Of a DNA stretch of 64,000 nt, positions 8,953-16,570 are shown in pieces; position 1 is the stretch's first letter, and each line of letters begins with the position of its first letter. The stretch covers positions 85,519 to 149,518 of the forward strand of contig JAJDUF010000006.1 in the NCBI GenBank assembly GCA_022826725.1. The letters run 5' to 3'. The DNA is from Chloroflexota bacterium. GTDB lineage: Bacteria > Chloroflexota > UBA11872 > UBA12225 > JAJDUF01. The translations under genes were made by a program, and so were the position numbers. Under the pieces are notes generated by a model that did no database searches, was not told the DNA's origin, and saw only the letters and a list, made by a program, of their open reading frames with translations.

Positions 8953-10305
8953 CTACAGCATGTAGTAGAGGTCGGACGACGTGGTCGGGTACGCCAGCAG
9001 CATCTCTTTCAGCGCCGTTGCCGTCATCCCGGCTTGCATCGCCACCGCGAACACGTTGATCACCTCGTCGGCGTGCGGGCCGAGTAGATGGGCGCCCAAG
9101 ATTCGGTCCGTCTCCTCCTCGATCAGCACCTTGTAGCCATAGCACGGCTGCGCCAGGCGGGTGGCCGTCGCCCACCGCGCGGCGTCGGCGTAGTTCGTAC
9201 CGAAACGCAGGCCCTGGGCACGCGCCTCTGCTTCACCTAACCCGACAGCAGCCAGTGGCGGATTGGTGAATGCCGCCGTGGGGATCACCCCATAGTTCGG
9301 TGTCGCCCGGTTGCCCTGGAGCAGGTTGGTGCTCACCACGTCCGCATCCACGCCTCCCGCTGGCGTAAGCGGCGGCCCGGGACTCGCGGCGGCGTCACCC
9401 GCGGCGTACACCGCCGGGTTGGAAACACTCTGCAGGTACTCGTTCACCCGCACGCCGCGGCGGTCGAACGCCACGTTCGCTGCCGCCAGGCCCATATCAT
9501 CCACGTTGGGCACGCGCCCCGCCCCATGCACCACCAAGTCTGCCTCGAACGTGCGCGGCCCGGCGGGCGTGGTCGCCGCGACGGCCAGCCCGCCATCCTG
9601 CTCGGCGATACCGGAGACGGCAGTATCCAACTGAATATCGAGGCCCTGTGACCGCAGGTAGGCGGTGAGTTGATCCGCCAGGTCTTCATCGAAGCCCCGC
9701 AGCAGGTGCCCGCTGCGATGCAGCACCGTCACCTGAGCGCCGGCCGTTGCCGCGACACCGGCAAACTCCAGCGAGATGTAGCCGCCGCCGATGAACAGCA
9801 CCCGCTCCGGCAGCTCTGCGAGGTCGAAGAAGTCGTCACTGATGGTGAGGTGCTCCTCCCCGGCAATCCCCAAGGGCTGGGGCTTGGCGCCCGTGGCGAT
9901 CACGATGTGGCGGCCCTCCAGCTCCTCATCACCCACCCGGAGCACCGTGGGACCCACAAATCGCGCGTGTCCGTCGAAGCAGGCAATACCGGCTTGCTCG
10001 AAGCCCGCCCGCCGCGCCGCCGGCCGCGGCCCGGTGAAGCTGTCCTTGAACCGGATCAGCGCCGGCCAGTCAATCCGCACTCCCCCCGGCTCGATCCCCC
10101 TGCCCGCCATCCGCCGCGCCCAGTCCACCGCGTCGGCCGCGCCGACGAGCACCTTCTTGGGGTCACAGCCCCGCAAGGCGCATGTACCACCATACGGGTG
10201 GTCGTCCACCAGCGCCACCTCCCAACCGGCTTCGCGGCAAGCCGTCGCAACCGGTGCGCCGGCGACGCCGGTGCCAATGACAACAAGATCGAATTGCTGT
10301 GCCAT
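8953..10305 (-). CDS. FAD/NAD(P)-dependent pyridine nucleotide-disulfide oxidoreductase (glutathione reductase/dihydrolipoamide dehydrogenase family)
   Basis: DLVVIGTGVAGAPVA (FAD GxGxxG), redox-active GGTCALRGCDPKK, a second Rossmann motif FIGGGYISLEFA, GDAA and a dimerisation domain. Confidence 0.85.
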   Translation of the reverse strand: MAQQFDLVVIGTGVAGAPVATACREAGWEVALVDDHPYGGTCALRGCDPKKVLVGAADAVDWARRMAGRGIEPGGVRIDWPALIRFKDSFTGPRPAARRAGFEQAGIACFDGHARFVGPTVLRVGDEELEGRHIVIATGAKPQPLGIAGEEHLTISDDFFDLAELPERVLFIGGGYISLEFAGVAATAGAQVTVLHRSGHLLRGFDEDLADQLTAYLRSQGLDIQLDTAVSGIAEQDGGLAVAATTPAGPRTFEADLVVHGAGRVPNVDDMGLAAANVAFDRRGVRVNEYLQSVSNPAVYAAGDAAASPGPPLTPAGGVDADVVSTNLLQGNRATPNYGVIPTAAFTNPPLAAVGLGEAEARAQGLRFGTNYADAARWATATRLAQPCYGYKVLIEEETDRILGAHLLGPHADEVINVFAVAMQAGMTATALKEMLLAYPTTSSDLYYML

Positions 10306-10324
10306 ACTGCCCTTCCCCGGGGGG

Positions 10325-10611
10325 CCTTTGCAAAACCGTCATTCCCCCGCAAGGGAACCATTGCATGACTCGTCATTCCCGCGAAAGCGGGAATCCATCC
10401 GGCCCATCCTCTCCTCACGCATTCCGCTCGTTTGCCCGGTGTGCCCACCCCATGTAGGGGCGTCCCTTGCGGACGCCCTCGCTGCTCTCCCGTCATTGCG
10501 GCGCAAGCCGCAATCCATCCTGCTCATCCTTGCATCCTGATGCAGACCATCATCGGACTGCCGCCGCCATCGCGCCCCTTCCCTGCTAGGGGAGGGGCCG
10601 GGGGTTAGGTC
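10325..10611 (+). repeat. Repeat cluster B-B-D'-C-B-D'-A
   Basis: B 10325-10359, B 10369-10397, C catgtaggggcgtcccttgcggacgccctcgc 10451-10482, B (gccgcaatcc variant) 10490-10517, D-like 10516-10545, A 10574-10611. Confidence 0.85.
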
Positions 10612-10782
10612 CACCCCGCCCTCGCCTCTCCCCCTTGCCCCCCGCCTTGGACCAAGCGGGACAGGGCCGCTACAATTCGGGGGGTGAGTGTCACGAGACC
10701 GGCACCGCCACGCCAGGCTGGACGCCACCCGCGGCACTCAACAAGACGACGGAGACGATATAGCGTGCAACGCGCTCTACGC

Positions 10783-11205
10783 ATGTTCAGTTGGGATGAG
10801 CCGGCCAAGTGCCCCCAGTGTGAGGCACCGACCACCACTCGCGAAGCCGGGTGAAGCGGCGGCTCGTTTGCAGCACTCTGCCCGGACTGCCGCCGCAAGA
10901 GCCAGACGGAATCGTTCTTGACGGTCCAGTTCTGCCAGGGCGGGTGATGCAACGAGGACGGCGCCCGTGAGGCGCTCCCCGCCGTAGTAAAGGCCCTGCG
11001 CCAGGAAGGCATCGCGGACAACGTGTCCGTCGTGCCCGTCTCCTGCATGGGCGTGTGCGATATGGGTCCGGTATGTCGTATCGTCCAGCAAGATCGTCTG
11101 CATGGGAAAGTCACGGCCACGCAGGCGCCCGGCTTTGCCGCACGCCTGGCTCGTCTGATCCGCGCCGGCAACCGGCCCGGCCGCAAGCGGCGCCGGCGCC
11201 GGTAA
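10783..11205 (+). pseudogene. Zn-ribbon plus thioredoxin-like [2Fe-2S] ferredoxin reading frame interrupted by two in-frame TGA codons (pseudogene or recoded gene)
   Basis: One frame reads MFSWDEPAKCPQCEAPTTTREAG*SGGSFAALCPDCRRKSQTESFLTVQFCQGG*CNEDGAREALPAVVKALRQEGIADNVSVVPVSCMGVCDMGPVCRIVQQDRLHGKV... The pattern C-x4-C-x31-C-x3-C matches NuoE/HndA-type ferredoxins. The TGA codons are at 10852 and 10945. Confidence 0.6.
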
Positions 11206-11212
11206 GTCCGCC

Positions 11213-11248
11213 CGTCCCCCCGCTGCGGCGGGGGGACCATAGGGGGGC
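11213..11248 (+). repeat. E-type repeat (hairpin plus GGGGACCATAGGGGGG), possibly acting as a terminator
   Basis: cgtccccccgctgcggcggggggaccataggggggc lies immediately after the ferredoxin-frame stop. It forms an 8-bp G/C stem. Confidence 0.8.
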
Positions 11249-11311
11249 TACCCGATTGAGTTGTCAGCTATCATCATGGCCGGGGCCCAGGGGTAGGTAA
11301 GTGGGGGACAG

Positions 11312-12325
11312 ATGCGTATAGCGCTCGATGCGATGGGCGGCGACCATGCCCCCGGCGAGATCGTGCGCGGCGCCGTGCTGGCCGCCCGTAGGCATGGCGC
11401 CGACGGTCTTCACGTGATCCTCGTCGGCCAGGAAGCTGTCTTAGAGCGGGAGCTGCAAGCAGCCAGCGACGACGCTTCGGAGTTGCCCATCACGGTCGTC
11501 CATGCGCCGGACGTGGTCGCCATGGACACCCATGCTGCCCACGCCGCCCGTCGCCAGCGGCAGTCTTCCGTGCATGTCGGCCTGCGCCTCGTCCGCGATG
11601 GCGAGGCCGACGCCTTCCTGTCGGCCGGCAACAGCGGCGCCACGATGGCCACCGCCGTGCTGACGCTGCGCCCGCTCCCCGGTGTGGATCGGCCCGCGGC
11701 GGGTGCGGTATTTCCGCTGCCGAGCGGGCCGACGCTCATTGTGGATGTGGGCACCACTGCCGACTGCCAGCCCCGCCACTTGGTGGACTTTGCTTACTTA
11801 GGCGCCGCCTATATGGAGATCGTGCATGGCGTGCAGCGCCCTCGCGTGGGACTCCTCAGCAATGGCGAAGAAGCCGGCAAAGGTAATCGGCTCGTCCAGG
11901 AAACCTACCCCCTCCTCGCCGCGAGCGGCCTGCACTTCGTCGGCAACGTCGAGGGGCGGCAGGCGACGGCCGGTGCTGCCGACGTGGTCGTCTGCGACGG
12001 GTTTGCCGGCAACGTCGTACTCAAGGTCGCCGAGGGCATGGTGACGCTCATCTTCGACCTCATTCGCGGCGCCGTCCGCAGTCGCCTCCACTACAAGCTC
12101 GCCGGCCTGATCTTGCGACCGGCGCTGCGGCGCGCGGCGCAGCCCCTCGACTATCGCGAGCACGGCAGCGCGCCTCTCCTAGGCGTTCGTGGCCTCGTCT
12201 TCATCGCCCACGGCCGCTCCGACGCCACGGCGATTGCCAGCGGCCTGCGGTCGGCCCACGCCGCCGCCCAGCGTGGCCTGCTCTATCACCTGACCACCCA
12301 ACTCGCCACCCGCCCAGCGCCGTAG
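11312..12325 (+). CDS. plsX: Phosphate acyltransferase PlsX
   Basis: MRIALDAMGGDHAP...GNSGA...DGFAGNVVLK...GVRGLVFIAHGRS are the canonical PlsX motifs. Confidence 0.9.
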   Translation: MRIALDAMGGDHAPGEIVRGAVLAARRHGADGLHVILVGQEAVLERELQAASDDASELPITVVHAPDVVAMDTHAAHAARRQRQSSVHVGLRLVRDGEADAFLSAGNSGATMATAVLTLRPLPGVDRPAAGAVFPLPSGPTLIVDVGTTADCQPRHLVDFAYLGAAYMEIVHGVQRPRVGLLSNGEEAGKGNRLVQETYPLLAASGLHFVGNVEGRQATAGAADVVVCDGFAGNVVLKVAEGMVTLIFDLIRGAVRSRLHYKLAGLILRPALRRAAQPLDYREHGSAPLLGVRGLVFIAHGRSDATAIASGLRSAHAAAQRGLLYHLTTQLATRPAP

Positions 12326-12401
12326 GGGTGTCCCTTGTGGGCACCCTCACCAGCCCGGACGCCCCTTCCCTGCCAAGGAAGGGGCGTCCGGGGGTTAGGT
12401 C
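12320..12401 (+). repeat. Repeat cluster C-A
   Basis: ccgtaggggtgtcccttgtgggcaccctcac (12320-12350) and gccccttccctgccaaggaaggggcgtccgggggttaggtc (12361-12401). Confidence 0.85.
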
Positions 12402-12409
12402 CGCCCGCC

Positions 12410-12871
12410 TCAACGCGCGTGACCCACCAGCGTGAGGTTGGTCACGTGCGCGGCCAGTTCCGCCGCACCGAGCCGACCATCGGGATCGGGATGCGGCGGA
12501 ATGACCATCGCCCGCCGTGCCGGGTCAGTGTCAATAACTTTCAACTCCAGGCCCTCACTCAGGCGCAGTCCCATCTCCAGCAAGGTGCCGGCCGCATCGC
12601 GGTTGATCCTCGCCTTGTAGTCCGCGTCCTTCCAGTACGCCGGTGCTGCCGTGAGCCACCCCGGATAGCATGAGCACGGCGTACACACGATGGCGTGATG
12701 GACCGAGCCGGCATTGTCGTACACCTCCAGCGCGATGTCCTCGTGGTACGCAATCCCCAGCTCCTTGAGGGCTGCCCGCGGGCCCGCCAGCAGTCGTGCC
12801 TTATACGCCGGATCGGTCCACGCCTTGACGACGACCTGCGCTGCCGGATCGGCTACCGTCTGCTGCATCAT
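12410..12871 (-). CDS. Nitrile hydratase alpha-subunit-like protein (orphan; no beta subunit nearby)
   Basis: VVKAWTDPAYKARLL...HHAIVCTPCSCYPGW...YWKDADYKARI...IDTD...VIPP parallels NHase alpha, including the metal-claw-like CTPCSC. The start was set at the MM pair (12871/12868), downstream of GAGAGGGG. Confidence 0.7.
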   Translation of the reverse strand: MMQQTVADPAAQVVVKAWTDPAYKARLLAGPRAALKELGIAYHEDIALEVYDNAGSVHHAIVCTPCSCYPGWLTAAPAYWKDADYKARINRDAAGTLLEMGLRLSEGLELKVIDTDPARRAMVIPPHPDPDGRLGAAELAAHVTNLTLVGHAR

Positions 12872-12943
12872 CCTGTACCCCTCTCTGTACGCTCTGTGGC
12901 CCCGGAGTGTGCGACCCACGAGCCACTGACCACGAGCTACTAA

Positions 12944-13426
12944 CTAGAAGTAGATGCGCGTCAGCGTCTCGGCAACCATCCCGGGCCGTTCCTGGCCTTC
13001 TACTTCCATGGCCTGCTGGTACGTCAGTTGGAGGGCCTGCGGCTGCCCATCCGGCCCTTTGCCGGGATTGATGCTCTCCACGTCGAGCAGCTTCGTGCGG
13101 AGCCGAATCCGCTGCCCCACCGGCACCGGCCCCGGAAAACGTACCCGGTTAAGCCCATAGTTGATGGTCATACGACACGGCAGATTGATCCGTATGCCGT
13201 CGCGTTCGCGGCTCAGTCGTGTGACCAACGAGAGCGTGAAGTAGCCATGCGCGATGGTCCCGCCGTACATCGTCTGACGCGCCCGCTCGGTGTCCACGTG
13301 AATGTACTGGTGGTCGCTGGTGAGATCGGCAAAAGTGTTCACCTGCTCCTGGGTGACGGTAAGCCATGGGCTGACCCCCAACTCCCGCCCGACCAGCACC
13401 TCGACCTCAGCGATTGACGACGCCAT
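12944..13426 (-). CDS. MaoC-like (R)-specific enoyl-CoA hydratase/dehydratase
   Basis: QEQVNTFADLTSDHQYIHVDTERA...GGTIAHGYFTLSL is the hot-dog fold signature. Confidence 0.85.
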   Translation of the reverse strand: MASSIAEVEVLVGRELGVSPWLTVTQEQVNTFADLTSDHQYIHVDTERARQTMYGGTIAHGYFTLSLVTRLSRERDGIRINLPCRMTINYGLNRVRFPGPVPVGQRIRLRTKLLDVESINPGKGPDGQPQALQLTYQQAMEVEGQERPGMVAETLTRIYF

Positions 13427-13483
13427 CCCTCAATCTCCTTACATAGCCCACAGCGCGCTGCGCTCGTCCCCCCGCCACCAGCG

Positions 13484-13574
13484 CCGTAGGGGCGCCCACA
13501 AGGGGCGCCCTCACCGCCTCCCCCATCCTGTGTATCCTGTCCATCCATGTAGATACCTACCCCGGGGGTGAGGG
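13484..13574 (+). repeat. Repeat cluster C-D-(A tail)
   Basis: ccgtaggggcgcccacaaggggcgccctcac (13484-13514), ccatcctgtgtatcctgtccatccatgtagatacc (13523-13557), ccccgggggtgaggg (13560-13574). Confidence 0.85.
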
Positions 13575-13578
13575 CAGT

Positions 13579-14781
13579 TCACCCAAACGCCGCCATCCCG
13601 GTCACGTCCCGCCCTACCGCCAGCGTGTGGACCTCATGCGTGCCCTCATAGGTATACACCGTCTCCAAGTTGACGGCGTGGCGCATCACCCCATAGTCCA
13701 GGCGAATGCCATTGGCCCCCAGCATGGACCGCGCCGTCCGCGCCACGTCCAGCGCCATCGCCACGTTCGCCCGCTTGCCCAGGCTCACCTGCTGGTGACG
13801 CAGGCGGCCGGCCGCTTTGAGCCGGCCCAGCTGCACGGCCAGTAGCTGGCCTTGCGTGATGCCCGTCAGCATGTCCACGAGCTTCTGCTGCGTCAGTTGG
13901 AACGACGCGATAGGCTTGCCGAACTGCTCCCGCTGCTTGGTGTAGGCCAGTGCCGTCTCGTAGCAGGCCATCGCCGCGCCCACCACGCCGAAAATGATCC
14001 CGAATCGCGCCTCGGTCAGACAGCGCAAAGCCGCCCCCAACCCCACCGCGCCCGGCAACAGCGCGTTGGCCGGCACCCGGCAGTCGGTAAACGTCAGCTC
14101 CGAGACCGTTGCGGCCCGCAGCGAGAGCCGATCCTCGATGTCACGAGTGGCGAACCCGGGTGCCAAAGCCGCACCACACCTGGCATCATCCGTGCGGCTT
14201 TGGCACCCGGCCCGATCACGCTCGACGAGAAACCCCCGAATACCCTCCGGCGTGCGCCCCCACACCACCGCCACGTCCGCCACTGACCCATTCCCGATCC
14301 ACGTCTTTGTGCCATTGAGCACCCAGCCGCTGCCATCGGGCGTCGCGGTCAGCTCCATCGCGCTCGGGTCCGAGCCATGCAGCGGCTCCGTAAGGCCGAA
14401 ACAGCCGATCAGTGCCCCTCGCGCCATCTCCGGCAGATAGCGCCGCCGCTGCGCCTCGGAGCCGTAGGAGTAAATCGGGAACATACACAACGCACTCTGA
14501 ATGGAGAGGAAGCTGCGGAGGCCACTATCACCCCGCTCCAGTTCCTGACAGGCCAGCCCGTAGGCCAGCGGCGTCAGCCCCGCCCCGTCAATAGGGAGTG
14601 TGCCGCCGAGCAGCCCTAGCTCGGCAAACCGCGGGATCAATTCGGTTGGAAATCGCCGCGCCTCGAAACAGGCCGGAATCAGCGGTAGCGCCTCATCCTC
14701 CACGAACCGCCGCACCCGCTGTTGCAGCCGGCGGGCATCATCGGGTAGCTCGATGTCCAGATAGTTCAGCATCTCGTCCAA
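13579..14781 (-). CDS. Acyl-CoA dehydrogenase (glutaryl-CoA dehydrogenase-like) carrying an in-frame repeat insertion
   Basis: LTEP.HGSD, KTWIGNG, FLVER..PGFATRDIEDRLSLRAA, YEGTHEVH. An extra segment RAGCQSRTDDARCGAALA is encoded by the hairpin repeat at 14156-14210. Confidence 0.9.
   Translation of the reverse strand: MDEMLNYLDIELPDDARRLQQRVRRFVEDEALPLIPACFEARRFPTELIPRFAELGLLGGTLPIDGAGLTPLAYGLACQELERGDSGLRSFLSIQSALCMFPIYSYGSEAQRRRYLPEMARGALIGCFGLTEPLHGSDPSAMELTATPDGSGWVLNGTKTWIGNGSVADVAVVWGRTPEGIRGFLVERDRAGCQSRTDDARCGAALAPGFATRDIEDRLSLRAATVSELTFTDCRVPANALLPGAVGLGAALRCLTEARFGIIFGVVGAAMACYETALAYTKQREQFGKPIASFQLTQQKLVDMLTGITQGQLLAVQLGRLKAAGRLRHQQVSLGKRANVAMALDVARTARSMLGANGIRLDYGVMRHAVNLETVYTYEGTHEVHTLAVGRDVTGMAAFG
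14156..14210 (+). repeat. F-type hairpin repeat inside the acyl-CoA dehydrogenase CDS
   Basis: Perfect 19-bp arms ccgggtgccaaagccgcac / gtgcggctttggcacccgg separated by the 17-nt loop cacacctggcatcatcc. A sibling copy lies in intergenic DNA at 38284-38326. Confidence 0.9.
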
Positions 14782-14794
14782 CCTACATGCCCCC

Positions 14795-15223
14795 CTACTC
14801 CGCCGATGCGGGCCGGAACTTGGGCAAGGTCAGCTCCGGCGTTACGTCGTCGTAGACCACCTCGACAGGCAATCCGACGCGCACGTGCTTTGGATCGGGA
14901 GTCACGTCTACGAGGTTGCTCATCATCCGCACACCCTCATCCAGTTCGATCAAGGCCACGACGTAGGGCGTATCTGCTCGAAAGGCTGGCGTGGAGTGGT
15001 AGTGGACAATCGTGAACGCATGAACCACCCCCCGCCCGCTCACCGGCAGCCAGGCCAGGTCCCGGCCGAAACAGGAAGGGCAGTGCATCCGTGGATAGAA
15101 CACGTACCTCCCACAGGTGCGACACCGCTGAATACTCATCGCGTGCGCTTTGACGCTGTCCCAGAAGGGCTGCGTCACCGGGTCGGGCCGCGGCAGCGGT
15201 TTGCCGTAGCCGTTGTCAGTCAT
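14795..15223 (-). CDS. DUF35 Zn-ribbon/OB-fold protein (partner of SCP2-type thiolase)
   Basis: FWDSVKAH..SIQRCRTCGRYVFYPR.HCPSCF...W...SGRGVVHAFTIVH. The start was set at MTDNGYG (15223), with GGGGAG upstream. Confidence 0.8.
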   Translation of the reverse strand: MTDNGYGKPLPRPDPVTQPFWDSVKAHAMSIQRCRTCGRYVFYPRMHCPSCFGRDLAWLPVSGRGVVHAFTIVHYHSTPAFRADTPYVVALIELDEGVRMMSNLVDVTPDPKHVRVGLPVEVVYDDVTPELTLPKFRPASAE

Positions 15224-15288
15224 CGTGTTCCGCTCCCCACTCCAAGACCCTCGCAAAAATTGTCATTCCCGTCCCCCCGTCGCACAGG

Positions 15289-16440
15289 TCACACCCCCAA
15301 GATCGCCGTACCGGTGGCCGAGAGCACCCCGCCGGTGCCGTGTACGAGCGCCAGTCGCGCGTCCTGCACTTGTCGCGCCGCCTGGCCGGCGGCCGCATAG
15401 TCCCCCCGCAGTTGGCGCACCGCCTCGATCACCGTGAAAATGCCGAACATCCCCGGATGCGTATACGACAGCCCGCCACCCTGCGTATTCAGCGGGAAGT
15501 TGCCGCCGGGCGCGGTGCGCTGCCCGGAGACGAAAGCGCCCCCCTCCCCCTTCCGGCAGAAGCCCAAGTCCTCCAGGGACAGCAGCACGGTATAGGTGAA
15601 GCTGTCGTAGATTTCCGCCACGTCAATGTCGTCGTGTCCGACACCGGCCATCGCCAAGGCCCGAGCTCCCGATACCTGCCCCGGCCCCGCCGTCAGATCG
15701 GGCATCTGGCTGATGATCGCGTGGTCGTGATGCTCCCCAAACCCCAGCACTGCCACCGGCTCCTTCACCGTATCCCTCGCCCGCTCCTTGCTCGTCAGGA
15801 CCACGGCCCCGCCGGCGTCGGTCACGAGACAGCAGTCCAGCAGGTGGAGCGGCCAGCTAATCCAGCGGCTCGCCAGCACGTCTGCGATGGTCAGCGGCTC
15901 GCGCATCAGCGCTTTCGGGTTCAGCGCCGCCCAAGCGCGCGTCGCCACGGCGATCTCGGCCAGCTGTTCATGCGTCGTGCCGTAGCGGTGCATGTGGCGC
16001 GCGCAGGCCATCGCGTAGGCGCCCAGCGGTCGCGGCAGCCCCCATGGCTCCTCGAACTGCGCGACGTTCTGCCCGTACAGATCCGGCGGCGGACCACTCT
16101 GACGGGAGCGCCCACTCTGACCATGACTGATGAGCGCCACCCGGCACAGTCCGTTGGCGATGGCGTTCACGGCATGGCCGATATGGATCACAAACGACGA
16201 GCCACCGACGTTCGTCCCATCCGTGTATGTCGGCCGGATACCGAGATACTCGCCGAGTTCGATAGTGGACAGCCCGGCGGTGAACAGCCCGTCCACCTCG
16301 GCTTTCTCGATGCCGGCATCGGCCAGGGCGTTCTGTGCCGCCTCGGCGTGGAGTTGGAGCGCCGTTTTCTGCGGCACGACGCCGATCTCGTCGGACTCAT
16401 CAACCCCGACGATAGCTACTTTCCCAGTCAGTGCATCCAT
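15289..16440 (-). CDS. Thiolase-like protein (SCP2/lipid-transfer-type acetyl-CoA acyltransferase)
   Basis: VAIVGVDESDEIG...AGIEKAEVDGLFT...GGSS...NTQGGGLS.THPGMFG, adjacent to the DUF35 gene. Confidence 0.8.
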   Translation of the reverse strand: MDALTGKVAIVGVDESDEIGVVPQKTALQLHAEAAQNALADAGIEKAEVDGLFTAGLSTIELGEYLGIRPTYTDGTNVGGSSFVIHIGHAVNAIANGLCRVALISHGQSGRSRQSGPPPDLYGQNVAQFEEPWGLPRPLGAYAMACARHMHRYGTTHEQLAEIAVATRAWAALNPKALMREPLTIADVLASRWISWPLHLLDCCLVTDAGGAVVLTSKERARDTVKEPVAVLGFGEHHDHAIISQMPDLTAGPGQVSGARALAMAGVGHDDIDVAEIYDSFTYTVLLSLEDLGFCRKGEGGAFVSGQRTAPGGNFPLNTQGGGLSYTHPGMFGIFTVIEAVRQLRGDYAAAGQAARQVQDARLALVHGTGGVLSATGTAILGV

Positions 16441-16514
16441 AGCCGTCGCTGCTCCGGAGATGCAGGCTTATCTCCACCATCCTGAAGGGAAGGAACTAAC
16501 GGTCGCCCCAATGA

Positions 16515-16552
16515 CTCCCCTTCCCTCCAGGGAAGGAGCCGGGGGTTAGGTC
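16515..16552 (+). repeat. A-type repeat
   Basis: ctccccttccctccagggaaggagccgggggttaggtc. Confidence 0.85.
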
Positions 16553-16570
16553 CTACCCCCGTCAGCGCAG

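Noticed and set aside
6479-9087. Long ORFs overlapping the membrane-protein gene on either strand (6479-7462 minus, 327 aa; 7432-9087 plus, 551 aa)
   Set aside because: They have Arg/Ala/Gly/Pro-rich low-complexity translations with no motifs. They are out of frame or antisense to a coherent 698-aa hydrophobic ORF, so they are typical shadow ORFs of GC-rich DNA.
10855-11000. Stem-loops downstream of the two UGA codons as SECIS elements (for example gcggcgg 10856-10862 pairing with ccgccgc 10890-10896; gcgcc-cgtga-ggcgc at about 10961-10975)
   Set aside because: Short G/C stems like these arise easily by chance in such GC-rich DNA, and I cannot verify SECIS-specific loop features by eye. They are kept only as something to test, not as evidence.
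10777-11103. 108-aa minus-strand ORF that could be called as a gene
   Set aside because: It lies antisense to the frame carrying the complete C-x4-C-x31-C-x3-C ferredoxin pattern and has no motif of its own. It most likely stays open only because of GC-rich codon structure.
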